Of a stretch of 64,000 nucleotides of DNA, positions 55,992 through 64,000 are shown one piece after another. The stretch lies in contig JAQBRE010000002.1 in NCBI GenBank assembly GCA_028286605.1, positions 262,011 through 326,010 of the forward strand, in the 5' to 3' direction. The translations under genes were made by a program, and so were the position numbers. The notes under the pieces are model-generated. The model was not told the origin of the DNA. It made no database searches and saw nothing but the letters and a program-made list of their open reading frames with translations. The DNA is from Parcubacteria group bacterium. GTDB taxonomy: Bacteria > Patescibacteriota > Minisyncoccia > Phycocordibacterales > Phycocordibacteraceae. Position 1 is the stretch's first letter. The number at the start of each line of letters is the position of its first letter.

Positions 55992-56141
55992 ATGCTATAT
56001 ACCATCGCTGTGATCTTGGTTGTGCTCTGGGCTATCGGACTCCTGACCGCGTACACGCTCGGTGGATTCATCCACCTGCTGCTCGTCGTCGCGATCATCC
56101 TGGTGCTCATCCGCATCATCCAGGGCAGAAAAGTAGTCTAG
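55992..56141 (+). CDS. Tiny membrane protein (lmo0937-like family, 49 aa, below the ORF-track cutoff)
   Basis: MLYTIAVILVVLWAIGLLTAYTLGGFIHLLLVVAIILVLIRIIQGRKVV translated by hand; it closely resembles a widespread small-protein family as I recall it. Confidence 0.5.
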   Translation: MLYTIAVILVVLWAIGLLTAYTLGGFIHLLLVVAIILVLIRIIQGRKVV

Positions 56142-56144
56142 TAC

Positions 56145-56465
56145 TTGCATATGCCGCGCGGAGACAAATCGGCCTACACCGAAAAGCAGAAGCGACAGGC
56201 TGAACACATAGAAGAAGGCTACGAGAAGCGGGGAACATCTAAGAAGGTCGCAGAAGCTAGAGCCTGGGCAACGGTAAACAAGGAAGATCACGGAGGAAAG
56301 AAATCAGGCTCGGGGCACGGCACGAAGAAGGATACGAGTCCTTCAAAGAAGGGAGGCCGTATCGGCGGAAAGAAAGGCGGGGCAGCATCAGCTGCACGTC
56401 CTAAAGCAGCACGCGTTGCATCTGCAAAGAAAGCAGCGAAGACACGCAAGAAGAGGGGCTCGTAA
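56145..56465 (+). CDS. Lys-rich small stress/plasmid-stabilisation-like protein (hypothetical)
   Basis: Conserved N-terminal GDKSAYTEKQKRQAEHIEEGYEKRG and a K/G/A-rich tail. Confidence 0.5.
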   Translation: MHMPRGDKSAYTEKQKRQAEHIEEGYEKRGTSKKVAEARAWATVNKEDHGGKKSGSGHGTKKDTSPSKKGGRIGGKKGGAASAARPKAARVASAKKAAKTRKKRGS

Positions 56466-56474
56466 TCTAAAAAA

Positions 56475-56521
56475 GGACAAAACAAAGAATGACCGATATT
56501 CGGTCATTCTTTGTTTTGTCC
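56475..56521. repeat. Perfect 21-22 bp hairpin (GGACAAAACAAAGAATGACCG-atat-CGGTCATTCTTTGTTTTGTCC)
   Basis: Verified by reverse complement; an A-run lies upstream on the plus strand (a U-run on the minus-strand transcript). Confidence 0.85.
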
Positions 56522-56601
56522 GATCTGTTGTCTGCCTGCAATGTTTGATAAGAGTATATAAAGTAAAACCCGCCAGAGGTCCGAAGACATGGCGGGTCAT
56601 T

Positions 56602-57129
56602 TCACTTCGCAGTGATTTTCTCGGGCAATAGTTCCTGAACAAGGTTCACTCTAGCCCGTAGATTTCTCTGGTAGTCAGCCAGCGTATCTTGAACGGATTC
56701 CATGACACCCAGAAAGAACGCTTCTGAAAGAGGGCGTTCACGCCCGCCAACATGGGTGCCGAACTGAAATTCACATTCGAACTTTTGAACGTTAGGTACC
56801 GTCAGTACGACTTTCACATCATATTTGTAATACCAGCCGCACTCTCGACCCCATGCCTTCCATGGAATTATTTTAATCAATTCCACACAGAGGCGCAGCT
56901 TCGGGTCGAGCGCTCTTAGGAAGCGTGAGCATCCGGAAGTCAGCCTGGCGAGCTGCTGTGCACTGATTAGTTCATCGCAATATGCACCGTTCGGGCTTTG
57001 GACGATGCGGTTGGTTATGCTAATGATCACATCACTCATTTCAATCTCCTTTGGGCCATAGACCCGTTCGGCCTGCTCTCTGTATGAAGCAGGTAAGGAG
57101 ACTGTGCTCCTTTGAAGCGGGTTAGTCAA
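56602..57129 (-). CDS. Hypothetical protein
   Basis: 175 aa ORF with its own CCCGCC/GGCGGG terminator downstream. Confidence 0.45.
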   Translation of the reverse strand: MTNPLQRSTVSLPASYREQAERVYGPKEIEMSDVIISITNRIVQSPNGAYCDELISAQQLARLTSGCSRFLRALDPKLRLCVELIKIIPWKAWGRECGWYYKYDVKVVLTVPNVQKFECEFQFGTHVGGRERPLSEAFFLGVMESVQDTLADYQRNLRARVNLVQELLPEKITAK

Positions 57130-57374
57130 TTAGCACAAAGATTCCAACATCTTTCAGCAGACAGCTAGCACAGAGCTTGCGTTTTTAGAGGATATCTGTC
57201 ATACTGGGCTCACAACCGTTTTCTAGTTTATACGTCTTGAGAGGGTATAAAGCCGCTGCTTAAGACCGGGTTCAATTGGTTTCCAAGGAACGACCCCGAA
57301 ACTCTCGAGACGTTTGTTTTACTCTTCTGGCTCCATGCACAGGCGTTCCAGCCAGGAACCCAAAACAACAATAA

Positions 57375-58712
57375 ATGACAACAACATACATGCGGCGCAA
57401 TGACGGCCGCCGCAACCCGTTCGAGCGCGATGGCGCTCGTTCATCGGGCCGTCCCACTAGCAATAATCGTTCTAGCTCATCCCGTTCTTCGGGCTCTTCA
57501 GATCGTCGCTCATCGGGCGGCCGCTCTGATTTCGGAGGTCGTGGAGGAGGTAACCGTTCTTCAGGCGCTCGTCCTTCTCGCGGAGGTCGCGGTTTCCAGG
57601 AGATGTCAGTAGACCTCTCGAAGCTCGTTAATAAGGCTGTCGAAGGATTCGTGCCTGAGGTATACGTACCGACGCACCAATTCATCGATTTCCCCGTAGA
57701 CGATCGCCTCAAGGCGAACATCATCTCGAAGGGATACGTTACTCCTACGCCGATTCAGGATCAGTCGATCCCGGTCGTGCTGAAGGGAAGCGACATCGTC
57801 GGTATCGCGAATACCGGAACCGGCAAGACTGCTGCGTTCCTTATTCCGCTTATCGATAAGGTTCTCAAGATGCGTGCAGCTGGCATCGAGGAGCGCGTGC
57901 TCATCATGGTTCCGACCCGTGAGCTCGCTATCCAGATCGAACAGGAATTCTACGGCTTCGCTAAGCAGCTCGGCATCAACTCGGTCGTCGTCGTCGGTGG
58001 TGCAGGTATCGAGCCTCAGGTTCGCGGCCTTCGCCGCAAGCCGAACTTCGTTATCGGTACGCCAGGACGCTTGAAGGACTTGATGGAGCGCCGTGAACTG
58101 GACCTTTCTAAGTTCCAGACCGTCGTTCTTGATGAGGCAGACCGCATGCTCGATATGGGTTTCATCCAGGACATGCGCCACATCATGAGCTTCATGCTTG
58201 ATAACCGCCACACGCTCTTTTTCTCGGCTACGCTTTCACGCGACATCGAGAAGCTGATCGGTGAATTCCTCAACAATCCTGTCCGTATCTCGGTTAAGAC
58301 CCGCGACACTGCAGCGACCGTTGATCAGGACGTCATCCGTGTGCCGAACGGCCAGAAGCTCGAGACGCTTATCAACCTGCTCAAGCAGCCAGGTTTCGAT
58401 AAGGTTCTCGTCTTCGGACGTACCAAGCACGGCGTCGAGCGTCTTGCCCGCGATCTTAACCAGGCGGGAATCAAATCTGATTCCATCCATGGCGACAAGA
58501 CGCACGGCAAGCGCCAGAAGGCTCTCGGCCTGTTCAAGCAGAATCAGGTGAACGTGCTCGTTGCGACTGACGTTGCCGCTCGCGGCCTCGACATCAGCGG
58601 CGTTTCGCACGTGATCAACTTCGATCTGCCTGCGACATATGAGGACTACACGCACCGTATCGGACGTACCGGACGCGCGGGTCAGACTGGTTCTGCGCTT
58701 ACGTTCATCTAA
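57375..58712 (+). CDS. DEAD-box ATP-dependent RNA helicase with Ser/Arg/Gly-rich N-terminus
   Basis: Q-motif, Walker A NTGTGKT, DEAD (VLDEADRMLDMGF), SAT, HRIGRTGRAG. Confidence 0.9.
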   Translation: MTTTYMRRNDGRRNPFERDGARSSGRPTSNNRSSSSRSSGSSDRRSSGGRSDFGGRGGGNRSSGARPSRGGRGFQEMSVDLSKLVNKAVEGFVPEVYVPTHQFIDFPVDDRLKANIISKGYVTPTPIQDQSIPVVLKGSDIVGIANTGTGKTAAFLIPLIDKVLKMRAAGIEERVLIMVPTRELAIQIEQEFYGFAKQLGINSVVVVGGAGIEPQVRGLRRKPNFVIGTPGRLKDLMERRELDLSKFQTVVLDEADRMLDMGFIQDMRHIMSFMLDNRHTLFFSATLSRDIEKLIGEFLNNPVRISVKTRDTAATVDQDVIRVPNGQKLETLINLLKQPGFDKVLVFGRTKHGVERLARDLNQAGIKSDSIHGDKTHGKRQKALGLFKQNQVNVLVATDVAARGLDISGVSHVINFDLPATYEDYTHRIGRTGRAGQTGSALTFI

Positions 58713-58734
58713 TTCCTATAAAATAAGGAACGAC

Positions 58735-58766
58735 AAAGCCCGGCTGCTACGCAGCCGGGCTTTGTT
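58735..58766. terminator. Intrinsic terminator
   Basis: AAAGCCCGGCTG-CTACG-CAGCCGGGCTTTGTTT. Confidence 0.75.
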
Positions 58767-58804
58767 TGTATTGACATTGTATATACAACGTATATACTCA
58801 CTCT

Positions 58805-59068
58805 ATGGCTACAAACGCAATATTAACTATACGAACTGACAGTTCTGTAAAACGCGCAGCACAAAAGGCAGCGAAGGATCTTGGCGTTCCTCTTTCAGTA
58901 ATTGTGAACGCATCACTCCGCGCATTCATACGCAACCCGCGTATAGAACTAGAACCCTATACTCCTAACGCACGAACACGTCGAGCACTAGATGCTGCTC
59001 GTAAATCAGCAGCGAAATCAAAGACATACAATTCAGTCGAAGAACTCATTTCCGGTCTAAAGAAGTAA
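58805..59068 (+). CDS. dinJ: RelB/DinJ-family antitoxin
   Basis: N-terminal RHH fold (TIRTDSSVKRAAQKAAKDLGVPLSVIVNASLRAFI). Confidence 0.7.
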   Translation: MATNAILTIRTDSSVKRAAQKAAKDLGVPLSVIVNASLRAFIRNPRIELEPYTPNARTRRALDAARKSAAKSKTYNSVEELISGLKK

Positions 59069-59072
59069 TTTC

Positions 59073-59336
59073 ATGCGCTTCAACCCCTCGAAGCGCTTTG
59101 AAAAGCAGTACGCCAAGCTTTCTGTAAGGACACAAGATAAAATCACTGAAAAGTTGAATTTGTTTGTTAAAAATCAGTCTGATCCTGTGCTTGAGAATCA
59201 CATGCTGAAAGGAAAATATAAAGGTTATCGAAGTATTAACATTACGGGAGATTTACGACTTATATACGAACAAACTAGCCCAGACAGCGTTTGGCTCCTT
59301 CTTGTTGGGACACACCACGAGCTATACGGCTCCTAG
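59073..59336 (+). CDS. yafQ: YafQ/RelE-family toxin
   Basis: 87 aa; ...YRSINITGDLRLIYEQ...LLVGTHHELY resembles the RelE/YafQ C-terminus. Lies 4 nt after dinJ. Confidence 0.7.
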   Translation: MRFNPSKRFEKQYAKLSVRTQDKITEKLNLFVKNQSDPVLENHMLKGKYKGYRSINITGDLRLIYEQTSPDSVWLLLVGTHHELYGS

Positions 59337-59395
59337 GTATGGGGATAGGGCATTTGACGGCCTAGAAAATCGTTATACTTACTAGGCGAAGGCTC

Positions 59396-59680
59396 ATGGA
59401 TCCATTCCTGCAGATGCATATCTTCTTTTTCGTCACTACGGTCGTCGTGGTGATATTCGGTGTGCTTTCGTGCGTCGCGCTCGTGTATCTTGTTCTTCTC
59501 TTCCGTACACTAAATCGTTTTGCGAATACCGTGCACGAAGAAACCGAAGAGATACGAGCGGACTTAGATGATATGCGTAGGAAAGCGAAACGTGAGGGGC
59601 TTCGTCTCGGGCATTTGATTACGTTCTTTGGGAAGACCGCGAAGCGCGCAAAGAAAAAGGTGCACGCATCGCTTGATTAA
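59396..59680 (+). CDS. Small membrane protein (hypothetical)
   Basis: 94 aa; one or two TM helices then a charged tail. Confidence 0.4.
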   Translation: MDPFLQMHIFFFVTTVVVVIFGVLSCVALVYLVLLFRTLNRFANTVHEETEEIRADLDDMRRKAKREGLRLGHLITFFGKTAKRAKKKVHASLD

Positions 59681-59699
59681 TTATTTTTGTAACTAGCAT

Positions 59700-60191
59700 A
59701 TGGCAACTAAGAAAACAGCGAAGAAATCAAGTAAGAAAGGACAGAGTAAGGGGATGGTAGCTGCAGAGATAGGCGCCGGCGTCGTCGCAGCAGGTGCAGC
59801 GGCAGCAGCGGGGTATTACTTCTACGGCGACAAGAAAGCGAAGAAGCATCGCCAGGCTGCAAGCAAATGGGCGAAGGGTATGAAGACGCAGGTCGTTAAG
59901 GAAGCGAAGAAAGTACAGAAGCTTGATCAGAAGACGATGGCCGCTATCATCGATAGCGCCGCTATGGCATACGCAGGCGCACGTTCCGTTAATGCTGCAG
60001 ACGTGAAGCAGGCAGCTTCTGAACTCAAGCAGCACTGGCAGACCATCCAGAAGGAGGTTTCTTCTGAAGGACGCAGCGTGAAGAAAGCAGTTAAGAAGGC
60101 CGCGAAGGCAGGAGCAAAGAAGGTCGCTAAGAAGGCAGTGAAAAAGGCTGCCCCTAAGAAAGCAGCGAAGAAATCCCCAAAGAAGCGCTAA
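59700..60191 (+). CDS. Lys/Ala-rich histone-H1-like protein with a central hydrophobic segment
   Basis: The C-terminus is KKAVKKAAKAGAKKVAKKAVKKAAPKKAAKKSPKKR. Confidence 0.5.
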   Translation: MATKKTAKKSSKKGQSKGMVAAEIGAGVVAAGAAAAAGYYFYGDKKAKKHRQAASKWAKGMKTQVVKEAKKVQKLDQKTMAAIIDSAAMAYAGARSVNAADVKQAASELKQHWQTIQKEVSSEGRSVKKAVKKAAKAGAKKVAKKAVKKAAPKKAAKKSPKKR

Positions 60192-60217
60192 AGGCGGTTG
60201 TGATACGATAGACAGAT

Positions 60218-60937
60218 ATGGAAAATACAAAAAGTGCATTCATGGATAAGTATCTGACGCCGCTGGCCATATTCGTGGCTGCGATAATTATCGCTCTTGC
60301 TCTTATTTACGGACATATTGGTGGTGTCGCTACAGGAGGAACAGGGGCACCAACCGCGCCTGCAGTGGCAGTGAACATCAAGGATGTGAAGACAGATGGC
60401 GACCCATTCATCGGCCCCGCGAATGCGCCGACGACCGTCGCGCTCTTCTACGACTACCAGTGTCCGTTCTGCAAGCAGTTCGAGCAGGGCGTTACGCCGC
60501 AGCTCATCACGAACTACGTGAGCACAGGCAAGACGAAGATCGTCTTTAAGGACTTCCAGTTCCTGGGTGCTGATTCCACGACCGCCGCGCTCTTCGCACG
60601 TGCAGTCTGGGCTACGTATCCAGACCAGTTCTACCCTTGGTTCATGGCTATGTTCAACGCACAGGATCAGGAAGGCGACACGGGCTTCGGAAACCTCGCA
60701 TCCATCGAGACGCTTACGAAGACCATTCCAGGCATCGACGTAACGAAGGTGGAGGCGAACATGAACGCGAATAAGGATGCGTACCAGAAGGCAGTCGATG
60801 CAGATCGCGCCGAGGGCGCAGCCCTCGGCATCAACGGTACGCCAAGCATCATCGTCGGTACGAAGCTCTTCACGGGCCTCTCGACGGCTGCGTATTACAG
60901 CGGTATCTCTGCTGAACTCAACAGCGAGTTGAAGTAA
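60218..60937 (+). CDS. DsbA-family thiol:disulfide oxidoreductase (membrane-anchored)
   Basis: N-terminal TM; thioredoxin-fold CPFC active site. Confidence 0.7.
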   Translation: MENTKSAFMDKYLTPLAIFVAAIIIALALIYGHIGGVATGGTGAPTAPAVAVNIKDVKTDGDPFIGPANAPTTVALFYDYQCPFCKQFEQGVTPQLITNYVSTGKTKIVFKDFQFLGADSTTAALFARAVWATYPDQFYPWFMAMFNAQDQEGDTGFGNLASIETLTKTIPGIDVTKVEANMNANKDAYQKAVDADRAEGAALGINGTPSIIVGTKLFTGLSTAAYYSGISAELNSELK

Positions 60938-60958
60938 TCAAACACAGATGGTTTTAAG

Positions 60959-60986
60959 AAAAGCCGCCCCAAAGGGGCGGCTTTTC
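60959..60986. terminator. Intrinsic terminator
   Basis: AAGCCGCCCC-AAA-GGGGCGGCTTTT. Confidence 0.75.
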
Positions 60987-61055
60987 GCTATCCCCACGCA
61001 TCCTTAATTTTGCCTATGCTATAGCTAATAGGCATTATCAGGCTAATAAAATTCT

Positions 61056-61607
61056 ATGCCTAATTATCGTCTGCTCGCTATTTCAGGAAGTCTCAGAAAA
61101 GATTCTATCAATACGCACCTTGTTAATGCATTCATCGCGAACGCACCGGAAGGAACGACTATCGAGATGCTCGATTGGTCTGAAACGCCGATCTTCAATC
61201 AGGATGACGAAGCGTCATTTCCTGCCTATGTAACCGCCCTTAAGGAAAAGATCAGTGCAGCAGACGGTGTCATCGTCGTTACGCCTGAATATAATCGTTC
61301 TGTTCCGGGTGCTCTTAAGAACATGCTCGATTGGACGAGTCGTCCGTGGAGTCAGTCTGCATGGAAGGACAAGCCGGTATACACTGCGGGCGCTACTGGC
61401 GGCGCGGTCGGTACGGCGCTTGCGCAGGATGACGTGAAGAAATTCATGCATTTCAACTCAGCACTGATTATGGGTCAGCCGGAATTCTATATGACCGGTG
61501 CGCCTGCAAAGTTCGATGAAGCGGGTACTCTTATAGACGAAGAGACGAAGAAGCATATTGTGAGCGGACTCACGGCATTCGCAGCTTTCATCGAAAAAGT
61601 TAGTTAG
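61056..61607 (+). CDS. NADPH-dependent FMN reductase family protein
   Basis: Flavodoxin-like; LAISGSLRKDSINTHL and VTPEYNRSVPGALKNMLDW match the FMN_red family. Confidence 0.75.
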   Translation: MPNYRLLAISGSLRKDSINTHLVNAFIANAPEGTTIEMLDWSETPIFNQDDEASFPAYVTALKEKISAADGVIVVTPEYNRSVPGALKNMLDWTSRPWSQSAWKDKPVYTAGATGGAVGTALAQDDVKKFMHFNSALIMGQPEFYMTGAPAKFDEAGTLIDEETKKHIVSGLTAFAAFIEKVS

Positions 61608-61630
61608 AATAGACGCGCTATACTAGATGC

Positions 61631-61858
61631 ATGGAGGAACCGAAACCAGGCATCTATTATCACTTCAAGCACCCAGAACTTCACTATGAAGTTCTGGGTG
61701 TCGCGCTGCATATCGAAACCGAAGAGAAGATGGTCGTATATCAACGCACCTTCGACGATCATCAGATCTTCGTGCGCCCGCTCGCGATGTTCATGGAAGA
61801 AGTCGATAAGCCCGAGCTCAACTATAAAGGTCTGCGGTTTGTATATGTGAGCCCGTAA
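61631..61858 (+). CDS. DUF1653-like small protein
   Basis: GIYYHFKHPELHYEVLGVALHIETEEKMVVYQ matches the DUF1653 pattern from memory. Confidence 0.55.
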   Translation: MEEPKPGIYYHFKHPELHYEVLGVALHIETEEKMVVYQRTFDDHQIFVRPLAMFMEEVDKPELNYKGLRFVYVSP

Positions 61859-61897
61859 CCTATAATTAACGTACGAATTATTAAATTTCTATTACAC

Positions 61898-64000
61898 ATG
61901 TTTACAAAGAAGCATCTTATTCCCGCTCTATCTTTTTCACTCGTACTCCTTATATCTTTTGGAGTGTACTCGCATGTTGCTAATGCGGCTACGAGCATTG
62001 CGGTTTCCTCTGCAACGCTTGCTGCAGACGGCAGAACGCTAACGGTACACATGACAGGCGTGACAGGAAGCCTCTCGCCTGCGACCGCTATCACGAACTT
62101 CTCGGTCGCACAGGGCGGGGTACCGGTAGTCATCTCCACAGCTACCTCGAGCGCAACGACGGTAACGCTCGTTCTCAGCGGACCGATAGTATCGACCGCT
62201 ACGGTTACCGTGAACCTTGCCAGCGGTAACCTGACCGATACCGGAAGCGACACGGTCATTACGAGTAGCGGAAATGCCGTTACGAACAGTAGTACCGTTA
62301 CCGCAACCACGTTCGCATTTTCTAATGCGGTAATTACGCAGGGCGGGCAATTCGGCGCCTGGGGAAACATGTCTGGCCACTCGATGCTCACCAGCTTCGG
62401 TGCCGAAAGCCGAATAGATTTCGAAGTAACCGGAACCAGTGCAACGATGCAGTATTTCTACGCATCGGATGTTGGCGATATAACAGTCACCGTTGCGAAC
62501 GCAGACGGATCAGGTGCAACCACTGTTACACCGACACTTCCAACGGGTGCACTGACATCGAACGTATCGTTATTCTCTGGAAAACCCGACGCGACCTACC
62601 GAGTCAGTGTCGTATTCCATGGACAAGGAGTATTTTTGTTTGACGGAACCTCGTTCCTCTCTGTAACTGGATCGGCACCCGCGCTTTCTGCGTATCCGGG
62701 ATACAGCGGCAACAGCATATATCCCTTTTCCGATCCTTCAGTCACCCCGCATATCGTTATAGAGCCAGGATTCAAGGCTTTAACGGCCCAAGGCTACGCA
62801 GCATATAACGCCCTCATGCCTATTACAGGAGATCAGGTTCAGGCGGATGCCGCATATCGTTTTAAAGGCAGTATTTCCTCACTCTACCTATGGGCCTATG
62901 GCGACGGTGCCAACGTGCATCTTGATGTATATGACGCAACGGGTGCGACGCTTCAGAATAGTTACGATGTCTCTCAAGTCGCTTCTAGTTGGGGAACCTG
63001 GATGCCTGTGGCTTCGGGTATGGACACCTCAACGCAGCACATCTACCGTTTGACGGGTTCGACTAACGCCGGATTCTTGACCTACAGCATCATGACCGTC
63101 GGTGGAACCGGACTCGACCTCACGTGGACTCCTCCATCGCTCGCTTCACTCAGTGTTATTGCTGGCTATGGAGATAGTATTACGGCAGGCAATGTAGGAA
63201 CAAACGGTATGTCATGGCTCGGCTACATCCGTAGCGTTGCACAGAAACTTCCTGGTGCAGGCGGTGGTGCAGCAATTGCGAACTTCGGCTTAGGTGGTGA
63301 CCCTGTAATAGGATCGGGTGATACGCGCTTTACCGACATAACCGGACTCTCTCCTCAACCGAAAACCGTATTCGTGCTCTACGGTATTAACGACATTAAT
63401 GCAGGGGTGTCAACTACTACGTTCGCGGCCTCGTATTCGACCATGGTAAACGGACTCAGTGCTGGTTTGCCTAGTGGCACGAATATCGACTATATGGCGG
63501 TTCTTCCGACGAGCTACGGAGGCGGCAGCGAAACGAAGATTGATCCATTCAATGCAGTCATCGCAAGCATCGTTACTGCGAAGGGAGGACATAATCACTT
63601 CATAAATACGAAGAATTGGAATTTGGGAGGCACTGCCTACCTTACGGGCGGTGCGCTTGATAACACGAATTTCTACGACGGACTGCATCCCAACCCTGCT
63701 GGCTATGTCGTGATGACGAAGTACCTTACTCCATTCGCAGTTACTAATCCGTATAGCGTGAGCGGCCCATCTTCCGGAGCAAACGGAACGGCAAGTGCGA
63801 ACTTCACTGTAACCTTGAATAACGGCGCTGCATTCGACGCGAACGATACGGTCGTTCTTTCAGATGGTGCAAGTGGTGGAACGTTCACTCCTTCGGTCGG
63901 AAGCTTAGGCACTTCGATTGCAACGGTAACGCCGGCACTAAATGCGACCTCATTCACCTTCACCTACACGCCTGCAACGAGCGGAACGAAGACTCTGACC
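61898..64000 (+). CDS. Large secreted multidomain protein with SGNH/GDSL hydrolase domain (3' end outside the window)
   Basis: Not in the ORF track because it is open-ended. I translated it by hand and found no stop from ATG 61898 to the window end. It has a signal peptide (LIPALSFSLVLLISFGVYSHVANA), Thr/Ser-rich Ig-like N-terminal repeats, and the SGNH blocks GDSIT, GINDI and DGLHPN. Confidence 0.65.
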   Translation, partial: MFTKKHLIPALSFSLVLLISFGVYSHVANAATSIAVSSATLAADGRTLTVHMTGVTGSLSPATAITNFSVAQGGVPVVISTATSSATTVTLVLSGPIVSTATVTVNLASGNLTDTGSDTVITSSGNAVTNSSTVTATTFAFSNAVITQGGQFGAWGNMSGHSMLTSFGAESRIDFEVTGTSATMQYFYASDVGDITVTVANADGSGATTVTPTLPTGALTSNVSLFSGKPDATYRVSVVFHGQGVFLFDGTSFLSVTGSAPALSAYPGYSGNSIYPFSDPSVTPHIVIEPGFKALTAQGYAAYNALMPITGDQVQADAAYRFKGSISSLYLWAYGDGANVHLDVYDATGATLQNSYDVSQVASSWGTWMPVASGMDTSTQHIYRLTGSTNAGFLTYSIMTVGGTGLDLTWTPPSLASLSVIAGYGDSITAGNVGTNGMSWLGYIRSVAQKLPGAGGGAAIANFGLGGDPVIGSGDTRFTDITGLSPQPKTVFVLYGINDINAGVSTTTFAASYSTMVNGLSAGLPSGTNIDYMAVLPTSYGGGSETKIDPFNAVIASIVTAKGGHNHFINTKNWNLGGTAYLTGGALDNTNFYDGLHPNPAGYVVMTKYLTPFAVTNPYSVSGPSSGANGTASANFTVTLNNGAAFDANDTVVLSDGASGGTFTPSVGSLGTSIATVTPALNATSFTFTYTPATSGTKTLT

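Noticed and set aside
61822-62391. 189-aa and 113-aa minus-strand ORFs
   Set aside because: They are antisense to the hand-verified open frame of the large SGNH-hydrolase gene.

Overview
This 64 kb window is bacterial chromosome using the standard genetic code: UGA serves as a stop and an RF2 gene is present. The backbone carries a partial NUDIX gene, a cytochrome bo3-type quinol oxidase operon (cyoABCD plus the heme O synthase cyoE) and two tRNA-Thr genes flanking an HNH endonuclease. Next come a compact prfB followed by ftsE, ftsX and pyrG, and then tRNA-Gln. The lexA-dinB SOS pair sits behind a CGAAC-N4-GTTCG box. Efflux functions comprise a MarR-MFP-MFP-MFS (emrRAB-like) locus and an RND pump with its adaptor. 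Further backbone genes are an ABC importer, typA/bipA, a DEAD-box helicase, mltG, a dinJ-yafQ toxin-antitoxin pair, two cold-shock genes, and many small hypothetical membrane or secreted proteins. Two accessory loci stand out. (i) Directly downstream of tRNA-Gln (14.7-19.6 kb) lies an array of mostly single-gene cassettes (one also carries a minus-strand gene). Each cassette is bracketed by same-orientation copies of a 30-60 bp direct repeat whose core mimics the 3' end (T-arm, acceptor strand, trailer) of the adjacent tRNA-Gln. No recombinase is visible in the window. (ii) At 38.0-42.6 kb a minus-strand operon encodes an OmpR-type response regulator, a ThiF/E1-like adenylyltransferase, a LuxI-type (autoinducer-synthase-like) N-acyltransferase and a polytopic histidine kinase. 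Tandem GAATGAACA repeats and a palindrome sit in its promoter. This looks like a self-contained small-molecule signal synthesis and sensing module of a type I do not recognise as described. Organism identity cannot be established from sequence alone. Coordinates of features located by eye (tRNAs, repeats, terminators) may be off by 1-2 nt.
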